This document shows, in pieces, positions 12,995-25,030 of a DNA stretch of 64,000 bases. Under the pieces are notes generated by a model. It was given only the letters and a program-made list of their open reading frames with translations. It made no database searches and was not told where the DNA came from. The position numbers and the translations under genes are program-made. Source of the stretch: Octopus sinensis (taxonomy: Eukaryota); assembly GCF_006345805.1 (NCBI RefSeq), contig NW_021834475.1, forward strand, positions 9,262 to 73,261, in the 5' to 3' direction. How positions within the stretch are numbered: position 1 is the stretch's first letter; every line of letters starts with the position of its first letter.

Positions 12995-13046
12995 TGAGAA
13001 CGTACGTTTCAAGATTAGTCAACTTGACACTTCTATCATCAGCTCA
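12995..13046 (-). ncRNA. Type-I hammerhead ribozyme motif (family C) in a (TA)n-flanked element ~12810-13360
   Basis: UGAG-CUGAUGA-U AGA..GUCAA G UUGAC..UCU U-GAAAC GUAC GUU-CUCA: perfect core, stem I UGAG/CUCA, palindromic ACGUACGU stem III. Confidence 0.72.
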
Positions 13047-13567
13047 GAACTCCCTGGTTTGGATTTGAAAACACTGAAAGTGGGAGCATACCCTTTCGGC
13101 TTCTTATCGCTTCTGAAGATCTGCTCGAAACTAACAGTGCCCGCAAACTCAAAAATGCAAGCGAAGAATTTCTGCTCTCCCCTTTCCACCAGCGTGGGTT
13201 AAAATCAGCAAACACTATGCTTTTTTCGGTAAAATCCGAGGCATTACATAGAGAGAGATGAATTATAATTTCAACAATTGAGGGTAAAATTAATTAATTA
13301 ATCAATTTCACCAAGTATTCAGTATGCAAAGGGACCATTTAAGGCGAATTCAAATTATTACATATATATAAGGGCTTAGTAAAATAAATTTTGCCGCATA
13401 CTGAACTCATTAGAAATAGCAGCTAAAAAAACTTTTTTAAAACTATTTCTAATACTTTCGCCTAAATGGTCCCTTTGCATACTGAATACTTGGTGAAATT
13501 GATTAATTAATTAATTTTACCCTCAATTGTTGAAATTATATATATATACATATATATATATATAATA

Positions 13568-13950
13568 TAGGCGCAGGAGTGTCTATGTGGTAAGTAGCTT
13601 GCTTACCAACCACATGGTTCTGGGTTCATTCCCACTGCGTGGCATCTTGGGCAAGTGTCTTCTACTATAGCCTCCTTGTGAGTGGATTTGGTAGACGGAA
13701 ACTGAAAGAAGACCGTCGTAAATATGCATATATAAATATATATGTGTGTGTTTGTGAGTCTGTGTTTGTCCCACCAACATCGCTTGACAACCGATGCTGG
13801 TGTGTTTACGCACACGTATCTTAGCGGTTCGGCAAAAGAAACCAATACAAAAGTACTAGGCTTACAAAGAATAAGCCCCGGGGTCGACTTGCTCGACTAA
13901 AGGCGGTGCTCCAGCATAGCCGCAATCAAATGACTGAAACAAGTAAAACA
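13568..13950 (+). mobile_element. Major-family SINE
   Basis: Same head, ttgggcaagtgtcttctactatag core and tail as 2232-2660. Confidence 0.8.
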
Positions 13951-13975
13951 GTATATATATATATTTAACTATATG

Positions 13976-14014
<39 letters not shown>

Positions 14015-14145
14015 TTATGTATATATAATAATATATATATATATCTATACATATATGTATATATAATATATATGTATATATAATAAATATATATATAATA
14101 TATATTATATAATATATATATATATATTATATTTATAATTTTGTA

Positions 14146-14186
<41 letters not shown>

Positions 14187-14222
14187 ATATATGTATATAT
14201 ATATAATATATGATATATATAA

Positions 14223-14270
<48 letters not shown>

Positions 14271-14571
14271 TATATAAAAACACCATAGGAACATCTGGAG
14301 TTGCGATGAAAAGGTATTGGGAAAATACACTGACGTTTAAATTGGGACTTCCATAAATATTAAATTCGTTACTATTTGTTAATTATAGATTTATTTACCA
14401 AATCAGCTTCTTTGATCTCTAATTGCTTTCTCAAATTCGTTGAGAAGAATTTTTTTCCAAAATCATACATTTCACATACGGAAAATCAAACTTAGTTCAT
14501 CCTTTTTCAGTCAGCATTTATCTTAACACTAACAGCATGTATGTCGCTCTTATTCATGTTCATACTATGTA

Positions 14572-15064
14572 CAGTGATTCCTCGTTTATCGCGGTAGATT
14601 GGTTCCGAGACCGGCCGCGATAACTGAATTTTCGCGGAGTAGGGACACCATATTTACAGTATTTATTTAACGTGAATTTGGACCTTTAAAACCATCCCTA
14701 TACTGTTAACAACCCACCCATTACAGTAGTCTGTTTATAACAAGGACAACTGCTAAGCAATAACACTTTAGATTTTAAAAAAATAAAGATTGTTACTGTT
14801 ACACAGGTCTGATTACAAAACAGAAAGCTGTGATTCGTCGTCTCTCCTTTGAACCAATCACAGCCCGTCTTAAGTTCAAATACCCCTGTATATACTTTTT
14901 TGCTATTTTACACTTATTTTGTTCCTAGACTAGGAAATAATATTCAATATTAATATTTTGATGGATTTAATGAAAACTTTAAGGTGTTCATATATATATA
15001 TTTTTTAAATCCGCGAAGTCGTGAATCCGCGATAGTTGAACTGCGAAGTAGCGAGGGATCACTG
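14572..15064. mobile_element. Tigger/pogo-type MITE
   Basis: TIRs CAGTGATTCCTCG / CGAGGGATCACTG, TA target duplication (14570-71, 15065-66), no ORF. Confidence 0.8.
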
Positions 15065-15321
15065 TACATTTGTTAGTAAAGAACTGAATTTACTTTCGTG
15101 AAACGTACTAAAAGGAAAATTAAATTATTTTCATGGTGAACTGCTACTGAAAGAATTGAACAATAGTTTGCTGTTAAGTTCACCCTCGATTTGCCTCAAA
15201 TTATAAAAAGATGTTTTGTCACATATTCAGATTTTAGAGTATAAAAGTATATTATTCTATTTATGTTGATAATAAATCCTATATCACCCATCTCAAATCA
15301 GCTAGCACTTCTAAATTATTG

Positions 15322-15405
<84 letters not shown>

Positions 15406-15464
15406 CTACTACTAGTAGTAGTAAGAATAATAGTAATAGTAATAATAATAATAGCAATAATAAA

Positions 15465-15991
15465 TGCCCTGATTCAATACCAGGCAGTGGCTCTCATGGC
15501 TTCTAATTTTAACTGATTGGAAGTGTTATCATGTACATTGTTTGGACTTGGTAATAAAGATAGGCTACAGCAAATATTCTGCTCAATACCACAGATTTGC
15601 TTGTCAGTTGTTTGACCTTAACCAGTTGACCATGTCCTTTAGTGGCTGACAATATGTGCATCTCTGATCACGAGCAAAAGTAGTGGGGAGCATCATAGCC
15701 ATGTGTTGAGAGGGATTATTTGGGGTTTGAATAATTCACCTCTGGAAACATAGGTGTTTCGTTCAACCTCCTTAAACAACCATTATTCAGGGACCTTTTG
15801 AGCGGGATGGGTTACTCGACCAGAAGAAAATTCTAACTGGGCCCCACCTGCAAGGTCATGCGCTGTTTATCTTGATATGAGATCACCATATCGCGCACAT
15901 ATGGTTGTGGACGAGTAGTCATGATGGGTTTACTGGGCTTCGTATATTTTATCCCTGTGTCAATTTGATGGCATGCACTGCTCTCTCACTC
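15465..15991. mobile_element. Independent copy of the (AAT)n-embedded ~550-bp repeat
   Basis: Shares e.g. ccaggcagtggctc, tattctgctcaataccacagatttgc and gggccccacctgcaaggtcatg with 38148-38702. Confidence 0.7.
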
Positions 15992-16019
15992 AATAATAAT
16001 AATAACAATAATAATAATA

Positions 16020-16076
<57 letters not shown>

Positions 16077-16078
<2 letters not shown>

Positions 16079-16430
16079 TCAATACCGGCAGATGACAACG
16101 TGTCTCTAAAAGAAATGGAGAAACTTTCAAAATACAAAGACCTGGAAATAGAGATAACCAGAATGTGGAAACAGAAACAATTCCTATCATAGTAGGTGCA
16201 TTAGGCATGATAAAAAAATATTCAGACAAATACATAACAAAAACACCAGGACTTACAAACACATATAACATACAGAAAATTGCACTACTAGGCACTGCAC
16301 ACATCCTACACAGAACACTTTCAATACAGTAACCATCAGAGCACCACAACAAATCACAACACATACCCAAGGCACACAGAGCTGCGCTCGGTAGTGAAGT
16401 GAAAGCACGCTATAAAAATAAAACTACTGA
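16077..16430 (+). mobile_element. 3' end of an RLE-type non-LTR retrotransposon (R4/Dong-like) with 3' UTR
   Basis: IPADDNVSLKEMEKLSKYKDLEIEITRMW/TETIPIIVGALGMIKK..IQKIALLGTAHILHRTLSIQ*; EK..KY.DL and P++VGALG motifs; (AAT)n on both sides. Confidence 0.78.
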
Positions 16431-16489
16431 ATAGTAATGATGATAATAATAATAATAATAATAAGAAGAAGAAGAAGAAGAAGAAGAAG

Positions 16490-16880
16490 AAATCTCAGAA
16501 AATATAAAGACCTGCTCATTGAAATTCAGAAAATGTGCCATCTCAAGGCGGTTACGATACCAGTGATCGTAGGAGCACTAGGAATGATCAAGAAGGGAAC
16601 CGAAAATTATATGAGAATGATCCCTGGCTTACCATCCCTGCAAGAAGTGCAAAAGATTGCCTGTCTTAACTTGTACATCACACGTATTGAGAAGAGCATT
16701 GTCGATGTGAGAACTATTACTACCCAGTATTTTAATTTAACTTTAAAAAAAATATAATGAACGAACGAGTGATTTTAGTTTAATGGACTATCAATGTATA
16801 CTATGAATTTATTTGCCCTAGGAGTCGGGAAGACACTCGGCAAGAAATGGAAGCAAATTTGAAAGAAGAAGAAAAAAAGA
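16490..16880 (+). mobile_element. Second, different R4/Dong-like RLE 3' fragment
   Basis: RKYKDLLIEIQKMCHLKAVTIPVIVGALGMIKKGTENYMRMIPGLPSLQEVQKIA..; followed by (AAT)n. Confidence 0.75.
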
Positions 16881-16884
16881 TAAC

Positions 16885-16948
<64 letters not shown>

Positions 16949-16968
16949 TAATGATAATAAATAGATAC

Positions 16969-17036
<68 letters not shown>

Positions 17037-17045
17037 TAGATAGAC

Positions 17046-17110
<65 letters not shown>

Positions 17111-17154
17111 CATACATACATAGATAGATAGGTTGGTAGACAGATAGGTAGATA

Positions 17155-19371
17155 AGTTTCTTTACTGGCCACACAGGGCTGCACACAGATGGGACAAGTT
17201 ACAAGGTAGAGCTTTTCTTTTGGGGGATGAAAAAAAACAACAAAAACAAAAGAATAAAAAAGGGATCGTAAAAAGGAAAAAAGAACAAAAAAAAGGAAAA
17301 GAAAAAAAGAAAAAAGTGTAAAAGAACAAAGGAAAAGAAAAATGAAAAAAGAAGAAAAAAGAGGAGAAAAAGGGGAAGAGGAAAGGAAAATGATCAATAG
17401 GGATCGTGTATCACAGTGTCATGATGTATGGTGTAAAGGGGAAAGCAAGTAAGGTTTATCCGTGGGAAGAAAAGCCTACGAAAAAGACCACGGTAACCTT
17501 GGTCAATATTGTTATATGTTACCACATTTGTTTGCAAGTGGGTAACCCTCTGTTTTCAATTTCTGGGTTCATAGGATTATGCTCAAGGTGGCTTCGTCAT
17601 TCATACGTGCCATCCTTGCTACATTCACCAATCTTTTTTTTTTAAACGTTCGCTAGACAAAACTTGCCTCTCTACTCTCACTTTCCTTTTCAAGTGATAC
17701 TTGAAGAAGTTGATGAGAGGTTGACCAGAGAGGAAAGTGTTTGTCTCCAATCCTTTCAGACGCGTCCACCAGATACATTCTTTCGCCATAGTCACAAGGA
17801 TGATGAAAATAGCTCTTCCTTCCCGTTTGAAGGCAGGAGGCGTGACAATATTGACGATAGACTCGGCTGATAAACCGACACGTCCCACACGTGACAGCAG
17901 CCGTTCGACATAAGCCCACAGGTCGGAGATTGTTGGACACTGCACGAGTGCGTGCAGAACGGTTTCGTCGCTCTGACCGCATTTCGGGCAGGTCGGCCCC
18001 GTGTTTCTCGAGCCGTGTCTGTAGAGCTTATCCCGAACGGGTAGCGCTTCTCGGTAGCACTGCCAGGCCAGGGGTGTCTGGAAATCGTCCCGAAAGGGCG
18101 GGTCAGGTATTCCTCGTCGACGTCCAGGTTCGCCCCGACCTCGTCGTCGTACCTCCCCTCCACTAATCCCCTATAGAATGCCTTGGTTGTGATGGAGTCA
18201 CTCAAGTTTGACCCAGGACGGCAGAGTTGCTTGAGAGCAACGCGACACTCGCGGTGCCATTCGCCCTTCCTCTGCCTCTTTTTGATCCACGATTGCAGTT
18301 CGGTCATGGAGACGAGCTGCGGGAAAGCGTGCCTCACAAACGGCGACCACACCTGTTAACCGTCGTCTACGAAAATCCTGAGAGGTCGCAGTCTCAGCGC
18401 GTGTCTGCGCATCATCAACCACGGCATGCCCGTCTCCTTTTAACGGGTGTTGACAGCAATGGATCGCATGACCATCGGGACGCATCCTTTCCACAAGAAG
18501 CGAAAGAGAATGCGTTCTAGTTTGGTGATGGTAGGGTCGAGACAAGGCACGACGGTCAGGCGGTAGTAGATGACGGACGCGATGTACGTGATCGCCACCT
18601 CCGCCCGACCATTTAGGGACAGTTTCCTCTCGGCCATTGCCGTGCGAGAGTGACCACCCTACTCGTTATCTCGTTCCAGTTCTTCTCCATTTGGAGGTCC
18701 GGACCGACGAACTAGACTCCGAGCAACTCGACCGGACCGTCGGTCAGCGGTCCCACAAACGGAAGCGCTGGTGGACGGCATGGGCTTGCTTCTCCAGGTG
18801 CCTAGTCGCAAGCAAGCCCACTGACTTTCCTGGTTGATTTTCGCTCCTGTCACCGCTTCGTAGTTTTTCGTGTCTCGCCGACCTGCTCGATGTGCTCGTG
18901 ATAAACACTATGACGGTGACGTCGTCCGCGTATGCAGACACGCTCGTCCCGCATCCCAGTTCTCGCGGGATGCCCCTCAGAGTGTCCAGCTTCCGCAATA
19001 GTGGTTCGTGAGTCAATACGTATAGAAGCGACGAGAGGGGGCATCCCTGACAGACCGAACGTGCGATGTCGAAAGATCTCGATAGATGTCCATTTACGCA
19101 AATTACCGAACGGATGCCTCTGTACAAAGCGGCTGTCCAGCCGTGGAAGACGGGACCGAAGCCAGCCGCTCTGAGGACTGCCTCCAAGTATCGATGGTTT
19201 ACCCTATCGAAAGCTTTCGATTGATCCAAATTGATCAACGCCCCACCCATGCCAGGTTCGTTAACTACCCTGTCTATGATGTAGCGCATCAGGTGGAGGT
19301 TGTCATGGATGGTTCGGCCCGGCACGGCGCAAGTTTGCGCCTTGTCGACCAGTTTCTCGATGACAAGCGCC
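17155..19371 (-). mobile_element. 5'-truncated L1/Tx1-clade LINE (RT, C-terminal Zn knuckle, 3' UTR), frameshifted
   Basis: [29 protein letters not shown]; C..DETVLHALVQC knuckle; GC-rich against the background; 17-bp TSD AGACAGATAGGTAGATA at 17138-17154 and 19372-19388. Confidence 0.9.
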
Positions 19372-19433
19372 AGACAGATAGGTAGATAGACAGATAGGTA
19401 GGTAGGTTGATAGATAGATAGATAGATAGATAT

Positions 19434-19511
<78 letters not shown>

Positions 19512-19767
19512 TTTACATTTTCCCCACCGACATGATTTTGCCTTGAACTACTCTCAAATTTCATTGTGTTGCCGATGTTAGACGAAGGTTTAAGAGATTT
19601 CTTGTAAAGATTCCTGTACAAGGTCATAAAATATATATGTCAGGAAGAAAACATATCTAGACTCAGTCAATAGAATTTCCCACCAATTCTTTTGATTTCA
19701 GAATAGCATTGTTTATTCAACTTTATGACTTATTGTAGAGAAATACGTTTTGTTAATATATACGGTA

Positions 19768-20075
19768 TAGGTGCAGGAGTGGCTGTGTGGTACGTAGCTA
19801 GCTTACCAACCACATGGTTGCGGGTTCAGTCCCACTGCATGGCACCTTGGGCAAGTGTCTTCTACTATAGCCTCGGGCCGACCAAAGCTTTGTGAGTGGA
19901 TTTGGTAGACGGAAACTGAAAGAAGCCTGTCGTATATATATATATATATATTACAAATATATATATATATATATAAATATATTATATATGTGGGGGGGGT
20001 TGTGTGTGCGTGTATGTATGTGGGTGTATATGTTTGTGTTTGGTGTTTGCCCCCCAACATCGCTTGACAGCCGAT
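19768..20075 (+). mobile_element. Major-family SINE, 3'-truncated
   Basis: Same head and core. Confidence 0.75.
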
Positions 20076-20395
20076 ATAAATATATCTATATATATATATA
20101 TATATATATATCTATATATATATAATATATACACATATATATAATATATATTTAGCGTAATTATTTATGTAAAAATATTTGCTAATCGTATACATATAAT
20201 GTATAGGTGACTTAATATAGAATGATTGTCGTCATTTCTTTCCCTTTTGACTGCGTTGTTTGCCTTTTAAGTGCTGTGGTTTTACTGGGATCTCCCTTTT
20301 AAGTAGAAAGAATAGCCATAACTCTTTGACTGCTATTTCTAAATTCGGTGTGTGGTGAGGCAAATCGTTGCTAAACCCTAATTACTTAGTAATAG

Positions 20396-20451
<56 letters not shown>

Positions 20452-20546
20452 ATATATATATATTGTATATATTATATATGTGGTGTGTATACATATTATT
20501 ATTAAAATTGATAATGTGCAGGAATATTTATGTCAACTCAACTTTA

Positions 20547-20841
20547 CCAAGGTAATCCAAATTTAGTGCAGTGACGTCATTAACTTTCGTAGATGAAAAT
20601 ACTCACTTTCTACTTTACATTTTGTTTCTTTTATAGATTTCAAATTTTCCAAAAATACGGAATTAGTATTGTATCTTTCTACATTTTATTTCCAAAAACT
20701 AGTCATTCAATGATGTTGCCTTTGGTTGAATGAATGTTTTAAGTCAAATTTCCTTTGGCGTTTCATTTTATCATCGTTTTTTAAATGGCTAAAATTTTTT
20801 CAAGCGTGAAGTTAGAATTTCACCAATTTGGATTACCTTGA
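20547..20841. mobile_element. Small MITE
   Basis: 16-bp TIR CAAGGTAATCCAAATT (20548-63) / AATTTGGATTACCTTG (20825-40), TA flanks with a mismatched terminal base. Confidence 0.55.
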
Positions 20842-20889
20842 TAATGTATTGAAATAAATTTTCCTACTTATTATTATTAAATTTATATT

Positions 20890-22975
20890 ATAACGCGTGC
20901 GTACTGCGGAGACAATACTGCTCTGTCTTCAGTAACCCTGATGCGGTCGATCTGGCTAGTATCAGTGGTGTAAACCCTCAACTAACAATATCTTGATATC
21001 CTGGTATCTTGATATCCTGGAATCTTGATACCTTGGTATCTTGATATCCTGGAATCTTGATATCCTGGAATCTTGATATCCTGGTATCTTGATACCTTGG
21101 TATCTTGATATCCTGGAATCTTGATATCCTGGAATCTTGATAACCTGGAATCTTGATACCCTGGTATCTTGATATCCTGGAATCTTGATATCCTGGAATA
21201 TTGATATCCTGGTATCTTGATACCTTGGTATCTTGATATCCTGGAATCTTGATATCCTGGAACCTTGATATCCTGGAATCTTGATATCCTGGTATCTTGA
21301 TACCTTGGTATCTTGATATCCTGAAATCTTGATATCCTCGTATCTTGATACCTTGGTATCTTGATATCCTGGAATCTTGATATCCTGGAATATTGATATC
21401 CTGGAATATTGATAACCTGGAATCTTGATATCCTGGTATCTTGATATCCTGGAATCTTGATATCCTGGAATCTTGATATCCTGGAATCTTGATATCCTGG
21501 AATCTTGATACCCTGGAATATTGATATCCTGGAATCTTGATATCCTGGAATCTTGATATCCTGGAATCTTGATATCCAGGAATATTGATATCCTGGAATC
21601 TTGATATCCTGGAATCTTGATATCCTGGTATCTTGATATCCTGGAATCTTGATATCCTGGAATGTTGATATCCTGGAATCTTGATATCCTGGAATCTTGA
21701 TATCCTGGAATATTGATATCCTGGTATCTTGATATCCTGGTATCTTGATATCCTGGAATCTTGATATCCTGGAATATTGATATCCTGGAATCTTGATATC
21801 CTGGAATCTTGATATCCTGGAATCTTGATATCCTGGAATATTGATATCCTGGAATATTGATATCCTGGTATCTTGATATCCTGGAATCTTGATATCCTGG
21901 TATCTTGATATCCTGGAATCTTGATATCCTGGTATCTTGATATCCTGGAATCTTGATATCCTGGAATCTTGATATCCTGGAATCTTGATATCCTGGTATC
22001 TTGATATCCTGGAATCTTGATATCATGGTATCTTGATATCATGGTATCTTGATATCCTGGAATATTGATATCCTGGTATCTTGATACCTTGGTATCTTGA
22101 TATCCTGGAATCTTGATATCATGGTATCTTTATATCCTGGAATCTTGATATCCTGGTATCTGATACCTTGGTATCTTGATATCCTGGAATCTTGATATCC
22201 TGGAATCTTGATATCCTGGAATCTTGTTATCTGGTATCTTGATATCCTGGAATCTTGAGTATCATGGTATTTGATATCATGGTATTTTGATATCCTGGAA
22301 TCTTGATATCCTGGTATCTTGATACCTTGGTATCTTGATATCCTGGAATCTTGATATCATGGTATCTTTATATCCTGGAATCTTGATATCCTGGTATCTT
22401 GATACCTTGGTATCTTGATATCCTGGAATCTTGATATCCTGGAATCTTGATATCCTGGAATCTTGTTATCCTGGTATCTTGATATCCTGGAATCTTGATA
22501 TCATGGTATTTTGATATCATGGTATTTTGATATCCTGGAATCTTGATATCCTGGTATCTTGATACCTTGGTATCTTGATATCCTGGAATCTTGATATCAT
22601 GGTATCTTTATATCCTGGAATCTTGATATCCTGATATCCTAAGAGAAATAGATAAGATCAAGCACAACTCAGCAGTAGGTCCCGATAAGTTCCCGGCCAT
22701 TGTCCTGAAGATGTGTCGACATCAAATTGCACTCCTTCTAGCTGAGCTCTGGAGAAACTCCCTTGATGCAGGCTGCATTCCTGCTGGTCCTTTCCTTTTC
22801 CCAGTCTGTCGTTCCAGTCTTCAGAAAGGGAAACAAATGTCTTTCAGTGAACTACCGTTCGATTTCACTCACTTCTCATATCATTAAAGTATTTGAGAGG
22901 GTGGTGAGATCGCGAATGACTCCCTTCCTCGAAGACAACAATCTGCTGAACCCCAACCAACAGGATTTCCACCAA
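20890..22975 (+). mobile_element. CR1/Jockey-like LINE ORF2 fragment interrupted by the 16-bp array
   Basis: After the array: DILREIDKIKHNSAVGPDKFPAIVLKMC..VVPVFRKGNKCLSVNYRSISLTSHIIKVFERVV..NQ. Confidence 0.8.
20990..22638. repeat. 16-bp minisatellite (TCTTGATATCCTGGAA / ..GGTA), roughly 100 units
   Basis: Direct reading; the 16-aa periodic ORFs 20962..22026 and 20978..22042 are its translation. Confidence 0.95.
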
Positions 22976-22984
22976 CTCCAATGC

Positions 22985-23386
22985 TGGACAGTTTCTTCAG
23001 CAGGATTTTGTGGTCCGCTCTGTCAAATGCTTTGTTGAAATCAAGGTATATGACGTCGGTGGTGGGCCCCTCTCCCAAACATTTTTAGATGCCATCAAAC
23101 TGATGCAGAAGCTGAGACGGACCAACTTCCTACACTCGGATACGTTTCCAACAATAATAACGCTTTGCTAGAGCAGGCTTTCGGGCCCCATATATGACTA
23201 ACAGACTTCACCAGGTGGCGCTATTGAGTTAGGCATGGCCTGGGCCTATGCTGGCCGAAACCTACCAAAGTTATCAAAGTTATATATATATATATTATAT
23301 ATATACAGAAAGAGAGACAGAGAGAGAGACAGAGAGAGAGAATGATATAAAATATAGTCATGTGTGTGTACAAGTGTGTGTGTGTG

Positions 23387-23418
<32 letters not shown>

Positions 23419-23940
23419 GCACATATATCCATATATATATATACATGTATAATATATATATATAGTTTTTTTTATCTAGTTTCAGCTCACAAGCTGTGGC
23501 CATGCTGGGGCACCGCCATTTGGTGTTGCTACATGATTTTACTTCACGAATGCCTTTTAGCAATTGCCATCTGTTGCGTGAGAGAGTTCGATGCCCAAAT
23601 GGTAGACATTTCATTTATATCATTCTCTCTCATCTGCACCTCCTGCCGTGAAGTTGGTTCATCTGGGACACCTGACAGGAAGAGATCCAGTTTTATTTTA
23701 AAGACATCCGCATCCACCCCATGCAGGTCTCTTAGGTTCTTCGGGAGGATATTGAAGAGCTGTGGGCCTCGGAATCCCAGGCTATCACAGTATCTTGTCT
23801 TACATCTTGATGGCAAATTTGGAGCCGAAGTTTGGGAAAGTCCTTCTAGGATCTTCCAGATGTATATTATGGCATATCATTCTCGCCTACGCTCTAAGGA
23901 ATAGAGTCTCAATCTCTTGAGTCTTTCCCAATAGCTTATA
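22985..23940 (-). mobile_element. CR1-like LINE pieces on the opposite strand (RT motif at ~22985-23080; C-terminus at ~23560-23940)
   Basis: DVIYLDFNKAFDRADHKILLKKL; LRLYSLERRRE..YIWKILEG..GPQLFNILPKNLR..FKIKLDLFLSGVPDEP. Confidence 0.75.
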
Positions 23941-23949
23941 TGCGTGGGG

Positions 23950-23994
23950 GGTTGATGGAAACACAGACACACAAACACTTACATACATACATAT

Positions 23995-24025
<31 letters not shown>

Positions 24026-24195
24026 CATACGACAGGCTTCATTCAGTTTCCGTCTACCAAATCCACTCACAAGGCTTTGGTCAGCCCATGGCTATAGTAG
24101 AAGACACTTGCCGAAGGTGCCACGCAGTGGTACTGAACCCAGAACCATGTGGTTGGTAAGCAAGTTACTTTCCACATATCCACTCTTGCGCCTAT
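23950..24195 (-). mobile_element. Major-family SINE, partial
   Basis: Reverse complement of the same head and core. Confidence 0.75.
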
Positions 24196-24199
24196 ATTA

Positions 24200-24248
<49 letters not shown>

Positions 24249-24847
24249 TAAATTAGTTATAAACCTCTATTAAGCAAATCAAATAGTGAAAAATCATAAG
24301 CCAATACATAGAAATAAATTTTTTTTTAAATGTATAAAAATATAAAGTAGGAAATAAAATAAAATTAAAAAATTTTAAATTAAAGTTTAAATTTTTAAAT
24401 ATTATAAATAGTTAAAAACTTATAAATTAAATCTTATATATATTATATATATATATATTTTATTATTTTTATTTTATTTATTTAAATATATTAAATAAAT
24501 AAATAAATAATAAATAAAATAATAATAATAAATAAATAAATAAATATATATATACATATAAGAGCAAAATGGCGAGGTCAAACTGATATATGTTCATAAT
24601 TAACATATGCCAATTTGAACTCACCATTTTCCTTTTATCGTTGTCAATAGACAACGATGCTTATGAATACTTATCGATTTCTATTGAAGAAATTTTTCTG
24701 CTAACTATTATATATTGGGCATTGTACAGTTAACCAGTGCAAATTGGATGTTTTACATCACAACAAGAGGAGCATATTTCCCCTTTTGGAACTTTTACAT
24801 ATATATATATATATATATTCCCACCTCTGGATCTTTCCATCTCCTAA

Positions 24848-24882
24848 GTTTCCGACGAGGAGCTCCGCTCGAAACGTTAAAC
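24848..24882 (+). ncRNA. Minimal hammerhead motif (family B) in element 24819-24981
   Basis: gttt ccgacga g gagc tcc gctc gaaac gtt aaac; stem I fully paired. Confidence 0.68.
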
Positions 24883-25030
24883 CCTCCATCTTTCCTTCTT
24901 TCCTGACCGTCCAATAATACTATATTTGTTCCACATCCTCGCGTTGTTGTGTTTCTTTTGTGTTTTCATGTTTGGATTAACTATATTATATATATTATAT
25001 ATATTATATATATATATTATATAATATATA

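Noticed and set aside
20962-22042. Two 354-aa repetitive ORFs
   Set aside because: Overlapping frames of a 16-bp satellite; stop-free by unit composition, with no splice or start context.
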